Assembly (NCBI GenBank): GCA_013239625.1
Contig: MU053513.1
Span: forward strand, 454,370 to 518,369
DNA: 64,000 nucleotides
Reading direction: 5' to 3'
Source: Lama guanicoe
Taxonomy: Eukaryota
A program made the position numbers and the translations under genes. Positions within the stretch are counted from its first letter, which is position 1. Every line of letters starts with the position of its first letter. Shown here one piece after another: positions 50,606 through 61,885 of this stretch. The notes under the pieces were generated by a model that did no database searches, was not told where the DNA came from, and saw nothing but the letters and a program-made list of their open reading frames with translations.

Positions 50606-50861
50606 GGGAGATGGGTGGGAAGGGATAGGCTGGGAGTTCAAAATTTGTAGATACTGACAGGCATACGTTGAATAGATAAACAAGATTATACTGTACAGCA
50701 CGGGGAAATATACACAAGCTTTTGTGCTAGCTCACAGCGAAAAAGAATGAATATATGTATGTTCACGTATAACTGAAAAATTATGCTCAACACTGGAGTT
50801 TGACACAATATTGTAAAATGACTATAACTCAATAAAAAAATTTTTTTAAAATAAATAAAAT
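50606..50861 (+). mobile_element. Young 5'-truncated LINE-1 (camelid-type 3' UTR) with perfect 15-bp TSD
   Basis: TSD aaaaatatttgactt at 50591-50605 and 50862-50876; ttt/aaaaa endonuclease site; G-rich tract, AATAAA and A-rich tail. Confidence 0.95.
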
Positions 50862-51724
50862 AAAAATATTTGACTTCATTCCAATCTGACCCAATTCACT
50901 TGACACTGTCTGAATTCAGGTGGCTAGTTAGTTGTGTAATTACAGCTCCACAGTTTTAGTTTAATGCTTTGGACTCAATTTAGTTGTACAAAGAGAACGC
51001 AAGATCACCACACAGATTAGTTCTTTACAGACTTTTGATCCTTTTGTATTTTAATAAATTTCCCAGATGCTATTATTGCTGCTCTTAAAGACTTGATTCC
51101 TGAAAGCGTTTGCTCTTTACAAGCTTAATATCTGCTGAAGAAAGCTGCAGAAAAAAATGTTCAATAATGGAAACACTAAGCCTTCGTTCTCAAAATCAAC
51201 ATAAGCTTTGAATCTTTATCAAACCTTTATCAACTGTTCATTACCTCCCATCCTTTAAGCTAGTGCTGACTTCACCACCAAACTTTTCATCGTAAAGTTT
51301 CTGTTTCTTTGTTTTGCTTTGGCAAATACTCTATTTCGTGTGTTTTGACTTTTGGAGGGACTATTGTTTTTATAATTTTATTTTTTTACATAGAATTGGT
51401 CAAAGGTTGTGTTAATAGTGTTTTACTGAGCAACATCAACATAAAACTGGTCAAGTTTATCCCCTAGGATACAGTTCACAATTCATATTCCAGTTAAGTG
51501 ACCATATGCCTGAAGTTAAATTTATCTCAAAAAGAATTAGCATTGGCCATTATACAGATGGCTTTTAAACTTTTATCTTTAATAATCTGTACTCTTATTT
51601 ATGAAAATGAAAATCACCATCCTGAGATGAATTTATTTTTATACTTTAAAAGCTAAGTTATTGGTAGCAAAAATGGTAAGAGTTCTTTGCATAAAATTCT
51701 TTATATTTATACTTTCATCCGTCC

Positions 51725-52085
51725 TCTTCATTGTTCAACAGTGATTCATTTGGGATCTACTCTGCACTCGGCACAGGCCTGGAGACTGAGCCCAAGAAGA
51801 ACAAAGCTGAGTAAGATACACCTCCTGCTTTTTGAGGACTTGTGGTCTGGGGAGTAAGAGAAAATGTTGAGTACGCAAAGGTAAGTGCACTAATGAATAT
51901 CAGGTAAGAACTGGCCAGTCTCTGACTTCCTCTGCCTCAGAGATCAGGGGGAGATTTCACAGGGCTTGCTATTTGAACTGAATTATGAAGAAAGCATAGG
52001 GCCACTAGATGAAAAAAAAATTAATGTAAATAAGGGCATAAATAAAAAGTGGAAAGGTTATGACAGGCAGGAATATGCCATTGCC
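51725..52085 (-). mobile_element. L2 3' fragment
   Basis: ttcaacagtgattcatttgggatctactctgcactcggcacagg...gaggacttgtggtctgggg...atcagggggagatttcacag. Confidence 0.7.
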
Positions 52086-52620
52086 CTTCGGAAATGACTG
52101 GCCCTGGCCTTTCCCTGGCATGAGTGAGTTAGAGCATTCCTCCCTGTTTTGTTGTGTGCACAACCCTCTGGAAAGCATTTTGTAGATCTGGTGTCTCACA
52201 GGAGCTTGCGTGCAGGGCAAAATCCTAACCATGGCTTGTATTCAAACTTGTCTAGCTGCATAGATGCAGAGTTTGAAGGAAGATTTCAGCTGCTTAAGGT
52301 AGTTGAGAAATTCAGAGAAGGAATAATGATTAATATACATTTTATTTTAAATTATATTTGTTATGTATAGAGTGATGGTATAGATTCACCTATACACTTT
52401 TCCAGTTGTTGTATATAAACTTAAATAATGTATTGTTGTCAGTAAGAGTAATTTGCTCTTTCTTTTGTTGCTGTTGTCATTTGAGTCTGCAGCAGAATTG
52501 TAAGAGCAGTGTTACACACTGTTTCCTTTTTGTGTTTGTGGCGTGCCAAAATTCAATCTAGTGCCCAGATGATAAACTGTTATTTCCAAATAATATTTAA
52601 GGTGTGTGGTGATTACCAAG

Positions 52621-53016
52621 CGTGATGAACTAGATGTTTGCATCCACCCAAATTCATATGTTGAAGTCCTTACTGGCCACCCACATAGGATCTAATCAGG
52701 AGCTGGGGCCTTTGGGAAGTAATTAGTTTTAAATGAGGTCATGGGGGTGGGTTCCTCATGATGGGATTAGTGCCCTTATAAGAAGAGACCAGAGAGCTTG
52801 CCCTCTGTTTCTCTCCATCACATGAGGATACACGAAGGGAACCACCATCTACAGCAGAGGAAGAGAGATCTCACCAGAGCCAAATCAACCAACACCTTCA
52901 TCTTAGACATTTCAGGCTCCAGAACTATGAAAAACAATGTCTATTGTTTAAGCCATCCAGTTCATGTTTCGTTCTTTTCTTTTCTTTTGTTCAAGCAGCC
53001 TGAGCAGACTAAGACA
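52621..53016 (+). mobile_element. MaLR solo LTR (MLT1A/A0-like)
   Basis: atgtttgcatccacccaaattcatatgttgaagtcc...catgatgggattagtgcccttataagaagagaccagagagc...gcagcctgagcagactaagaca. Confidence 0.93.
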
Positions 53017-54078
53017 CTGAGTTTCAACTGTGCACTTCTGCACACCCAAAACTCACACCTAGACAAACTAGTGAGAATTAGCATGCTCAAAGTGTGCCTT
53101 AAACCTAGATAAGCTTGCTACAGGTTTTCCACCCTTCACTATTCCCAGTTTTGGACTCTAACTTTTTAACCTAGTGACTCTTCTTTTCAATGTGAGCGTC
53201 CCTTCTAGTTTTTCAGACGTGTCAGGGAATCTTGAGTAAATAAAATTAAATTTTAATGAAGTTGCATATAGGTCATGGGTTAGTTTCTATTTTTTTCCCT
53301 CACTTCTCTGCAAATAATAAGGGCCTCTCCATCTTTGAACCCTGTCCTTGCTTGGCTCAGTGTAACAACTGCTTTTAGCGGTATCTGCCAGGGTCATAGT
53401 GCCATGGTACCCCGGATGCTAATCTGAGCAGACTGCACTGGAAGATGCAAGATCCCCAGGACATATGCCTTAAATACCCGTGCTAAAGGCACATGTTGCT
53501 TGTCTGCACATCTTGTCATTATCTCACCATCGAATCTTTTTTTCCTAACTTTTCTACTTTTTAAATGTCCTGTTTCTAATCATATGACTAAAAATGGGTC
53601 TATAATGAGGAAGCCTTTTATATATAGAAATGCTCAGGTAAGGTTTCCCCTCCTTTGAACAAAATCAATACCTCAGCTGAACTTGCACCCTTTCTCTCTC
53701 CAAAGAAATGTACTGAATAGCAATTTTTAGGCATCCTGTATACAGGGGAGTGATCTATAATTCGATACTATAGCTTCTTCTGGAAAAGGCCCTAAGATGC
53801 AGCACCACGTACTTGGAGACAACACAGAAAATGGTGACGGGAGCAGGAGGTAACCGCCTTTTTTTCCTTGACCTTCAGCTTCTCCCTGTAGGATGCTCTA
53901 AAACTAATCATATTCAGACTAGTAATATATTGTGTGACTACAGAGCTACAGCATTAGTATATAAATTATACCTTAAGAAGACAACTCTCATTTATTTTTC
54001 CCTCTAATGTGTTAGATAATTCTGTGGCTTTATTCCAATACCAAAACCCTTCAAAATAAGTCAGTGTCCCTTTGATAC

Positions 54079-54221
54079 TACAGGTTTTCCACCCTTTAGG
54101 AGGGAGCTAGGCTGATTCAGGCTCAGTTACTTGCCCGTGATCTTAATCTAGCAGAACAAGGTTTCCAACAGCCTGCATTTTTCCCCAAAAAGCATCACTC
54201 CCTCAGTTGGGAAAACCTGTA
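54079..54221. mobile_element. Candidate Tc1/mariner (Tigger-like) MITE
   Basis: TA-caggttttcc ... ggaaaacctg-TA: a 12-bp exact inverted repeat including flanking TA, with a further gagggag/ctccctc match inside. Confidence 0.6.
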
Positions 54222-54877
54222 ACTAGATTACTATAACAATGGACTGGAAGACAATTTTATGTTAATAATCAATGAGGAAACTGTGTGTAGTGAAGAATGT
54301 CAGACCAAAGAGAGAGATTATATGAAGAAAAAGTCAATAAAACTGGTTTATCAAGGAACTTCTACCACTGAGTTTTAATATATTTTTTCTGATGTCAGAA
54401 TTCTTAGAAGAGCAAGACATCTATTTTAATTTAGCCAAAACTGAATGAGTACCCATGATGTGCCTCGGACGTTGTGATGGATGGTGAGACTCACTGAATG
54501 GAAAGAGGAACTGTCGTAAGCTGTGGAGGACTTCCTTCAAAACCCGATGGCTGGGAAGAGGAAAGAGCACATCAGGTCTGGGAGGCTGAGAAATGAAGTC
54601 GCAGGTACCACTGAGTATTAGAAATAAGGGTCATGAGACTGCTCCTTGTCTGTGGCTTATTTTTTAAACCATTAGACATGATTCCTGCATCTATAGCATC
54701 GTTCCTGCATCTCTAACAAGGACTACCCACATAGGATTCGGTTCGCCGAAACATGTTAACCTTTAGAGCTATTTGCTGATGGGGTAAGTGCACGGGATCA
54801 CATAATTTTATTAATAAATTAAGATTGCCAGTAATTTTCCTAAACCACCCCTCTTGACAAAGATATATATCTAAAAC

Positions 54878-54879
54878 TA

Positions 54880-54923
<44 letters not shown>

Positions 54924-54924
54924 T
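54878..54924. repeat. (TA)n microsatellite
   Basis: About 23 units with one CA interruption. Confidence 0.96.
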
Positions 54925-55059
54925 TAACTATTTGATGTGACAGCCCCCTCCAGCGTGTTCAATCTGTGTGACATGTTCTCAAAATCATTTGTCAGTCAGA
55001 CCAGTGTCTATTTTTCCCTCATTTATTCCCCAACAAATGAGGCTTGAAGAAGTAAATTC

Positions 55060-55748
55060 TCTACCTTGGAATCATCATTGATTCCTTTACTTCACAACCG
55101 ACATCCACGTGATCAGAATTTCTTTTGCTGCTACTTTCCAAAACCTACCCAGAAACTAGTCACCACCTCCGCCTACGCTGCCTTGGCATAGGTCATGGTA
55201 TCGCGACCGAAAATTCTCCAATAACTTTCTAGCCAGCTTCCATGCTTTCATCTTTATCTACCGTCCAGTCTCTTCTCAACAAAACAGAGTGCCAGCCATC
55301 TTCAGATCACTTCTTCTCTACCTTTGTTGATTTTTTTGCTTCACCTAGAGTCAAAGCCAAACTTTTTCCCATGGCCAACAAGCCCTCTCTTAGTCTGCCA
55401 TTTTATCCTGCTATTTTTCTGGTAGCTTCTTCCATCAATTTACTTACATATTTTCACATGTCAGTCACCTTACCTGACTGAGACCCTTCCTTGACAGTCC
55501 TATGTAAAATGTCACCTCTTATTCTTTCTTTAATTCCCTAATACCATGTTTTTTTTCTTTCTTCGTAAGACTGAACCTGACCTGAAACAGTAAATAATAA
55601 TTGTTTATTTATTGTCTCTCTTCCCCCATTATAATGGAAGCTTATTGAAGACAGAGATATCTAGTCTGTTTACTGCTGGCACTGTTCAGCATTGATAGCA
55701 CTTAGAATCACGTGTGGTATATATTAATGCCATATTTAGTACTGAATG
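55060..55748 (+). mobile_element. L2 LINE 3' portion
   Basis: ccttggaatcatcattgattcc...cagtctcttctcaacaaaacag...agagtcaaagccaaact...ttgtttatttattgtctctcttccccc...cttattgaagacagaga. Confidence 0.82.
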
Positions 55749-57284
55749 GTGGTCAAGAAAGGCACTGTACAGTTTTTCAAAATATGAGTACTAACACACA
55801 TTTTTACTTTCAATGTAGCCATTTATCTAAAACTGCTACACTTTTCCTTATAAAGCACTGTTTTCAAATATCTAAAGTCTGATGCAACAATTATTTTTTG
55901 ATCTAGAAAGTTTCTCTCAAATGAGCTCTTGATCAGACCCCAACACAATTCCACTTTACTTTGCAACCTATTTAGAAGAAGGACTTACTCTTTATATGTT
56001 GAGATATGGGTTTGTGCATTGAAAAGCATTCAATATTATAGGTGTGATTAATACAAATAAAAAGTGTATTTAAAATAATTACTTCAACAAACTTTCCTTC
56101 TTTGCAACGTACTTAACTCTTTAAAAGACATTGTGTGTGTTCTAATTAGTTCTTTGTATAGTCATTTTTGTAGATGTTTACTTGACCATTTCACACAGAT
56201 AAATAAATGCTAACATATAAAGTAAAAGGACCCTCTACTGTCCGTGAGTCACTATGTTCAAGTTATTATCCTAATTCAGTGTTGATGAAATTCGAATTGT
56301 TTTTGTTTTTTCAGAAACTCTCTAGAAGTTTAGAAATAAGTGGAATGTAGCCCTCTCTCAAGTTTTCCAAATATTAATGAAAACATTCTGCTGCCCATAA
56401 AGCTATAGGTGTATTTTGAACCAATTTTATATCAATCTTTTACTTTGAATGCTCATAGCTTTGACTTTGGCACAGACTACAAGAAATACACTTTATAAGT
56501 CTCTTGCTCCCAAGTCTCTAAATTGCACATTCTGAAAAACTGGCTATTTCTGCACAGAACATAGAGATTGAATGCAAGGCTATAATTCACTTTCAGGTTT
56601 TCTGCTGATGACATAAACCACCAGAGCTTGTTGGTTTATGAACAGCAACAGGACACAGAGATTGAATTATGGCACATGTCAGTGCTGAGAGATAAAGAAT
56701 TGGCACCCACAACCTAAAGATAATACTTTCTCTCCATTTAAATTTGAGACACGGGGGAAAGAAAAAGATTTTAAAGAATTTAAGAAAGAGTTCATCTCAG
56801 TAAAAGTTCATATTTTATAAAAGATAACTAGCAAGAGCAATTTAAGAAAATATCAGATCTACGCTCAAGAGAATGTAAAATATAGAGATGATGTGGGGAA
56901 GTCCACAGGCAGATCTGACATTTTACATAACCAAGATGCTTCTGAATTTGCTGAGAAAATTACTACTTCTCCCTTCTGGAAGTAGAGCCTTACAATGCAT
57001 TAGATTAGCTCATTCATGACCCTGGCTTCTGAAAGTACTCTACTTATTAACAGTATAAGAAGACATTTCCTTTTTATTTCCTGATGTCTTTTGAGAGGAA
57101 GAGGAGAAGAAAGACACCAGCAGGATAAGTAGAAGCCATAATATGGTATTTTGTAAGGACGGCCGTTAAAGTAGAACGTGATAGCATCCTTTATTTTTCA
57201 GGATCCCCCGGTGGTTCAGGTGCCAAGTTTAGAACAGTCGGCTGAGCGGCTCAGCCTTATAAAAGCAGTCACAGGCAAAGAGAG

Positions 57285-58062
57285 GGTCTCAATTTGGTTT
57301 TCCTGGAGTCGGGTGCCTGGAGGGAGGATTCCAGGGCAGGTGTTTTATTTGGGAAGGGCCAGGAATGTGGACGGGGGAGAGAAACAGAGTTACAGAAAAA
57401 AGAAGGCAGCCACCAAGGGGGTGGGTTACTAAACCAGCTGCTTCAGTGGCTACTGGCGCTGAGCCCCACAGGGGAGCTCTGACAAACGGGGCAGAACAAT
57501 ACCTCCACGTTATCCTGTGGGAGGGGTGAGGCCCACGGGTTAGTTACAGAACCAAGCAGGACCCCATGGGACCTTCCTGGGGGTCGACCCCTCCTCCACA
57601 TCCTCTGCTGTCAGTCCTCCCTGAGGTGCATGGATAACGGTATCTGCTGCACATTTCCTGAGCTGTTTCACAGATGTGAAAATTCCCACCAAGTGGAAGA
57701 TGTTAGCTGCTTGATGGCCGTGAGCACGTAGCCCCCAGACTCACTGGAGCCTAAGAATTGATAATGCTACCCCCTGTGACACCGCCCTGTTACCTCCTCA
57801 TCAGCCAATCAGAGAACTGTGCAGGAGCTGATCACCTACCCTGCCACCCACCTCCCTCACCGCGCCTTTAAAAATACTTTCCTAAAAGCCGTCAGGGAGT
57901 TCAGGCTTCATGAGCACAGCGGTGCTGGGCTCTTTGTCTGGCGCTTTGTAATAAACGCCTTCCTTCACCCCGCCCCTGTGTCGTGAGACTGGCTTTACTG
58001 TGCACGGGCAAGCAGACCCAGGTCTGGTTCAGTAACAGTTACATCCTATAGTCACTGGTTGA
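57285..58062 (-). mobile_element. Old ERVL LTR (LTR16-like) interrupted by a MER41-like LTR
   Basis: ggttttcctggagtcgg...gaggattccagggcaggtgttttatttgggaag...; resumes after 58041 with catcctatagtcactggttga. Confidence 0.6.
57543..58037 (+). mobile_element. ERV1 solo LTR, MER41-like (artiodactyl type)
   Basis: gttacagaaccaagcaggacccc...cagccaatcagagaactgtgca...cctttaaaaa...aataaacg...gcagacccaggtctggttcagtaaca; 4-bp TSD gtta (57539-57542 / 58038-58041). Confidence 0.85.
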
Positions 58063-58429
58063 ATAACGCACAGAGTGGAGGCGGGCTGTATCAGTGCAGA
58101 AACACCATCTCAGGAGAAGAGATGTTGGCATTTAGAAGTCAAGGCCAGAGGGCTGCTGTCCAGGCGCTGCCTGTGTCTGTTATAGAGGGAATTTGGGGGC
58201 ACATTGCCACCAAGGTGGAGCCAGGTTGGCTTGATTTTACTCTTCCACTCATCAGAAATGCAACTGTGAGTCCCAACTTCCCCTTCATTTCCTCAAAAGA
58301 GATGGATGGAGCAGGTAATTTTTAAGGACTAGCCCCTTGCAATATTTGACAAACTTGGAATTCCCCACGGTGTAAGATTATTAAACACTTTAGGACCTAG
58401 ACCATATCTTGAGGCTCCAAAGCCTGGTT

Positions 58430-59276
58430 TAGCATCTACCATGTGACACTCTCCCCACACCTCACTTACCCTTCTCACACCTGCTTCCTCGTATGGATAA
58501 TGACACCAGCATCCACCCACCTGCTTTAGAGTCTGTTCTCACCCTACATCCTATTCATTAGAGGTCACCAAATATGTATCAAGTCTGACCACTCTCAACA
58601 TCCCCAGTGTTGCCAACCACGGCCACCATGCTGTCTACCTGACCTAAAAAGAGCCTTCCATTGTTTGCCCTCATAATCCTTTCTCCACGCAGCGGACAGT
58701 GTGCCCTTGTGAAACACAAATTTGCTTTGATGCTTCAGGAAGTATCTACTGCAATGAGATTAAAATCCATATTCTTTATCAGGATCTATAAAGCCAACCC
58801 TTCGTGACCTTTCTCCCCTTCTTGCCTCTTCAGTATCTTTTCTCACCACTCTTCCTCTTATTCTCTGGACTTGGGATACTGTAGCCATCTTTGTGCCTCT
58901 GTTACAAAAACATCTTGTTCTCTTCTCACTGTTCCACTTGTCTTGAACGCTTTTCTTCTATCTCAGCAAAGTTACATCCTTTCTGCTCTCACCTGAAATT
59001 CTTTCCCTTCAGGGAGAGTGCTAAAGTAGCAACCCCGGCTATCACCCTCTATTCCATGACTTTACGTTACTTTCTTCAGAACACTTACAATTATCTGAAA
59101 TTATCTATTTTATTTATTATTCTATTTATTTTCTATTTTGCCCCAGGGAAATTTAAGTGCCATAAAATCTGGGGTTTATGTTGATGCGTTTGTTTCTATA
59201 ATCCCAATGTCTAAAACAGTAGAAGACACTTGATAATGGACAGGCGCTTGATACATAGTTGTCTCATGAATGAACA
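58430..59276 (+). mobile_element. L2 LINE 3' portion
   Basis: caccagcatccaccca...ttctccacgcagcggacagtg...gattaaaatccatattcttt...cacttacaattatctgaaatt...gtctcatgaatgaa. Confidence 0.8.
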
Positions 59277-59425
59277 GTGGCTCTTCAATAAGTGAACTGG
59301 ATAGAACTCTTAATTTTCAGATATATTAATTGATACCTTAGACTTTAAGTGATATACAATATGGGGCAAGCTCACTATGCAGAAAATAATAAGGTGCCAC
59401 TCTGTAAAGTTAACTTGAAGGGCTG

Positions 59426-59899
59426 TGTGACAAGTAGAATACTGCCCACCCACCGCCTTAATGCCCACATCCTAATGCTGTAAATGTCTTAGAACACATG
59501 GCATTGGGATTTAGGTTGCAAATGGATTTAAGGTTGTTAATCAGCTAAACTTAAATAAGGGAAGTATCCTGAACTATCCGGGTAGGTCCGATGTAATCAC
59601 AAGGGTCCTCAAGTATGGAAAAGTGAGGCAGGAGAGAGCTGGAGGGAGATGTGATTATTACACTGTCAGAATATGCAATGTCCCGTTCTATGCAATGTCC
59701 TGTTTTGTGCAATGTTTTTGCTTTTTAAGATAGAGGAAAGGGTCATGAGCTAAGGAATGGGGATGGCCTCAAAACATCATGATTTTAGCCCAGTGAGATC
59801 CACTGGGGACTTCTGACCTCCAGGACTATAACATAATAAATTTGTGTTAAGTGGCTAAGTTTGTGGTAACTTGTTAAGCAGACATAAGAATCTGATACA
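59426..59899 (+). mobile_element. MaLR solo LTR (MLT1D-like)
   Basis: ttaaggttgttaatcagcta...tatcctgaactatccgggtaggtccgatgtaatcacaagggtcct...gacttctgacctccagg...ctgataca; TSD ggctg/ggcag. Confidence 0.92.
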
Positions 59900-60039
59900 G
59901 GCAGTGAGGACATTGACATAACTTCTGAGACTAAAGAATATAAAGAACCAATAACTCAGAGAACTAAGGAATATTATTTCAGTCTCAAATATAAATGTAT
60001 ACCTTAGGTAGTTCTAGTTTGTGATAGTTTCATAGAACT

Positions 60040-60225
60040 GTTTTATGTTTAAAATTATTTTTGCCAAAGAACAGATTATTATAATAGACTTACGAATTTT
60101 TACTATTCCCATTTTACAGATGAAGAAACTAAAGTAGTGAGGAGGCTAAGTGCTTTGTCAAAGATGGAACAACAAATAAGCAGCAGATCCAACACAGGAA
60201 ACTCTAGGTCGAATATGGGGGTGAT
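60040..60225 (-). mobile_element. MIR SINE
   Basis: attccccattttacagatgaagaaactaaag...aggctaagtgctttgtcaaagat. Confidence 0.8.
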
Positions 60226-60649
60226 GATCTGTACTCAAAGACTGATGTATAAAACTGAGTTGTCATCAAGCCAATAGTCAATAAATCAATGAAAATATAC
60301 AGAAAGCCCCCAGCTTGAAGAGAATGTCTTTCATTCAGTTTCATTCAATGTGTTACTATAATCAATAGCTCCATAGGTGATTGAATGTATTTATGACTTT
60401 AAAGGAATGTTTATTTTTTAGTCAAAGAGATGTTGACAAGTAACAGAAGCACAGAAAAGAGCGATTAAGAGAAGGCACACATTGGCAAGGCCTTTTCAGG
60501 TATCCAGTATGTAAGAAGGACCTCTAACTCAGAAACAAGGATATTACATTTATCAAGCAAATACAATCTCTTATTTAAGAGTTTCAATTACCACCAACCT
60601 TAGCAAAATGGGTTTATCCAATGTTTGGCACTCTCATTCTGTGTTCACT

Positions 60650-60810
60650 AGTCAACATGCTAAAGTATTATTGTTTCCTTTAACTAATGCTAATGCGTAC
60701 ATCAGTAACCTTACCTATGCATTTCTCAAGTCCTCTTAGCCACCCCATGAGGTTGGTACTTATGAAATCCATTTTGCAGATTAGAACTAAGAGCTCAAAG
60801 AAATGGCACG
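60650..60810 (-). mobile_element. MIR SINE
   Basis: tcctcttagccaccccatgaggttggtact...ccattttgcagattagaactaagagctcaaaga. Confidence 0.7.
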
Positions 60811-61269
60811 TCTTTCATTTTATCATGCTCCTTTATTCCCGAGAAAATGTGCCTCCTAGTGAGATTGAGAAGCCAGGGGGTTCTTGAGACAAATTAACAA
60901 ATTTGCATTCTATTTTATAACAATTTTTCGGTCTTTTGTAAAAGGTTGCATAGACACCAAATGGACTCAAGACCTGGACTTGGACAAACGGGGGAATAAG
61001 ACTAGAATGCCATGGTGACAGCAGTTACAGTCAGCTGTCTTCACTAAATGACATCCCTTACTCTGCACATCTTTTAAAATTGTAATGCAGCACAGGTCTT
61101 CTAACGCCAGGTTTTTCCAAAACAGACAATAATGTAGCCCAGGAAAAGAGCAGGTGAAGTTGAGGTCATACAAGGCACAAGTTAAAGGTATCTTGGCGGG
61201 AAAGGGAATTTGGGGCTTCTGTGTTAAACAGCAAAACACAGTGACGCAAAAGAAGAGCTGGAATGGGTA

Positions 61270-61495
61270 AGGGTACCCCCCCAGAATATAGGACATCCAG
61301 GTAAGTTGTAATGTCAGGTAAACAATGGATATCTTTTTAGTATAAGTAGGTCCTAAATATTGCATGGGAGCCACCCTACGAGTGTCCGCTATTACCCTTT
61401 GTAAGGAGCATACTTATATTTTAAAAACATCCAATGTTTATTTGCAAATAAAGTTTAACTGGGCATCCTGCCTCTTATTTGTTTAATCTGGTATG
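61270..61495. mobile_element. MER53 palindromic hAT MITE with a central insertion
   Basis: aggacatccaggtaagtt...taaacaatggatatctttttagtataagtaggtcctaaatattgcatggga [38 bp] catacttatatttt...tgtttatttg...tttaactgggcatcctg. Confidence 0.85.
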
Positions 61496-61629
61496 CAGAA
61501 TGGGCTAAAAGCACATTTGTATGTAAATTTGTAGGTAAACAGTTCAGTTGATGGATATGAAGTTGAAGTTCTGGTCGAAATCCAAGAATCACTATAATTT
61601 AAGTTCGTGAGGCTGCATAAAGGCAATAT

Positions 61630-61885
61630 GATATAGTGCAGTATATCTGAGCATCTTTCAGCTTGAGAGACAGGCTTAGATTTGATTTCTGGCTCCTCCA
61701 ACACAGTCCCACTTGTGTGACCTTGGACAAGTTACTTTTTTTTTTTTTTTGAGTTTCAATTTCTTTACATCTAAAAATGGAAATAATAATCTCTTGGTAC
61801 TTTCATGAGGATTAAATGTAATAATGCACACAAAATAATGTTAAAATACCATTGGGTGAAACATTTGCAGGAAGCTCCCTGACAT
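61630..61885 (+). mobile_element. MIR SINE with an internal poly-T expansion
   Basis: tgtgtgaccttggacaagttactt(T)n gagtttcaatttctttacatctaaaaatggaaataataat...gaggattaaatg. Confidence 0.85.

Noticed and set aside
54681..54720. Short duplication ttcctgcatct x2
   Set aside because: Ordinary slippage-scale duplication.
60967..61374. Longest ORF (135 aa, minus strand)
   Set aside because: Starts within MER53; no recognisable protein or exon structure.
61371..61395. Resemblance of the MER53 insert to mitochondrial ND3 sequence
   Set aside because: Only ~14 imperfect bases recalled from memory; too short to call a NUMT without a search.
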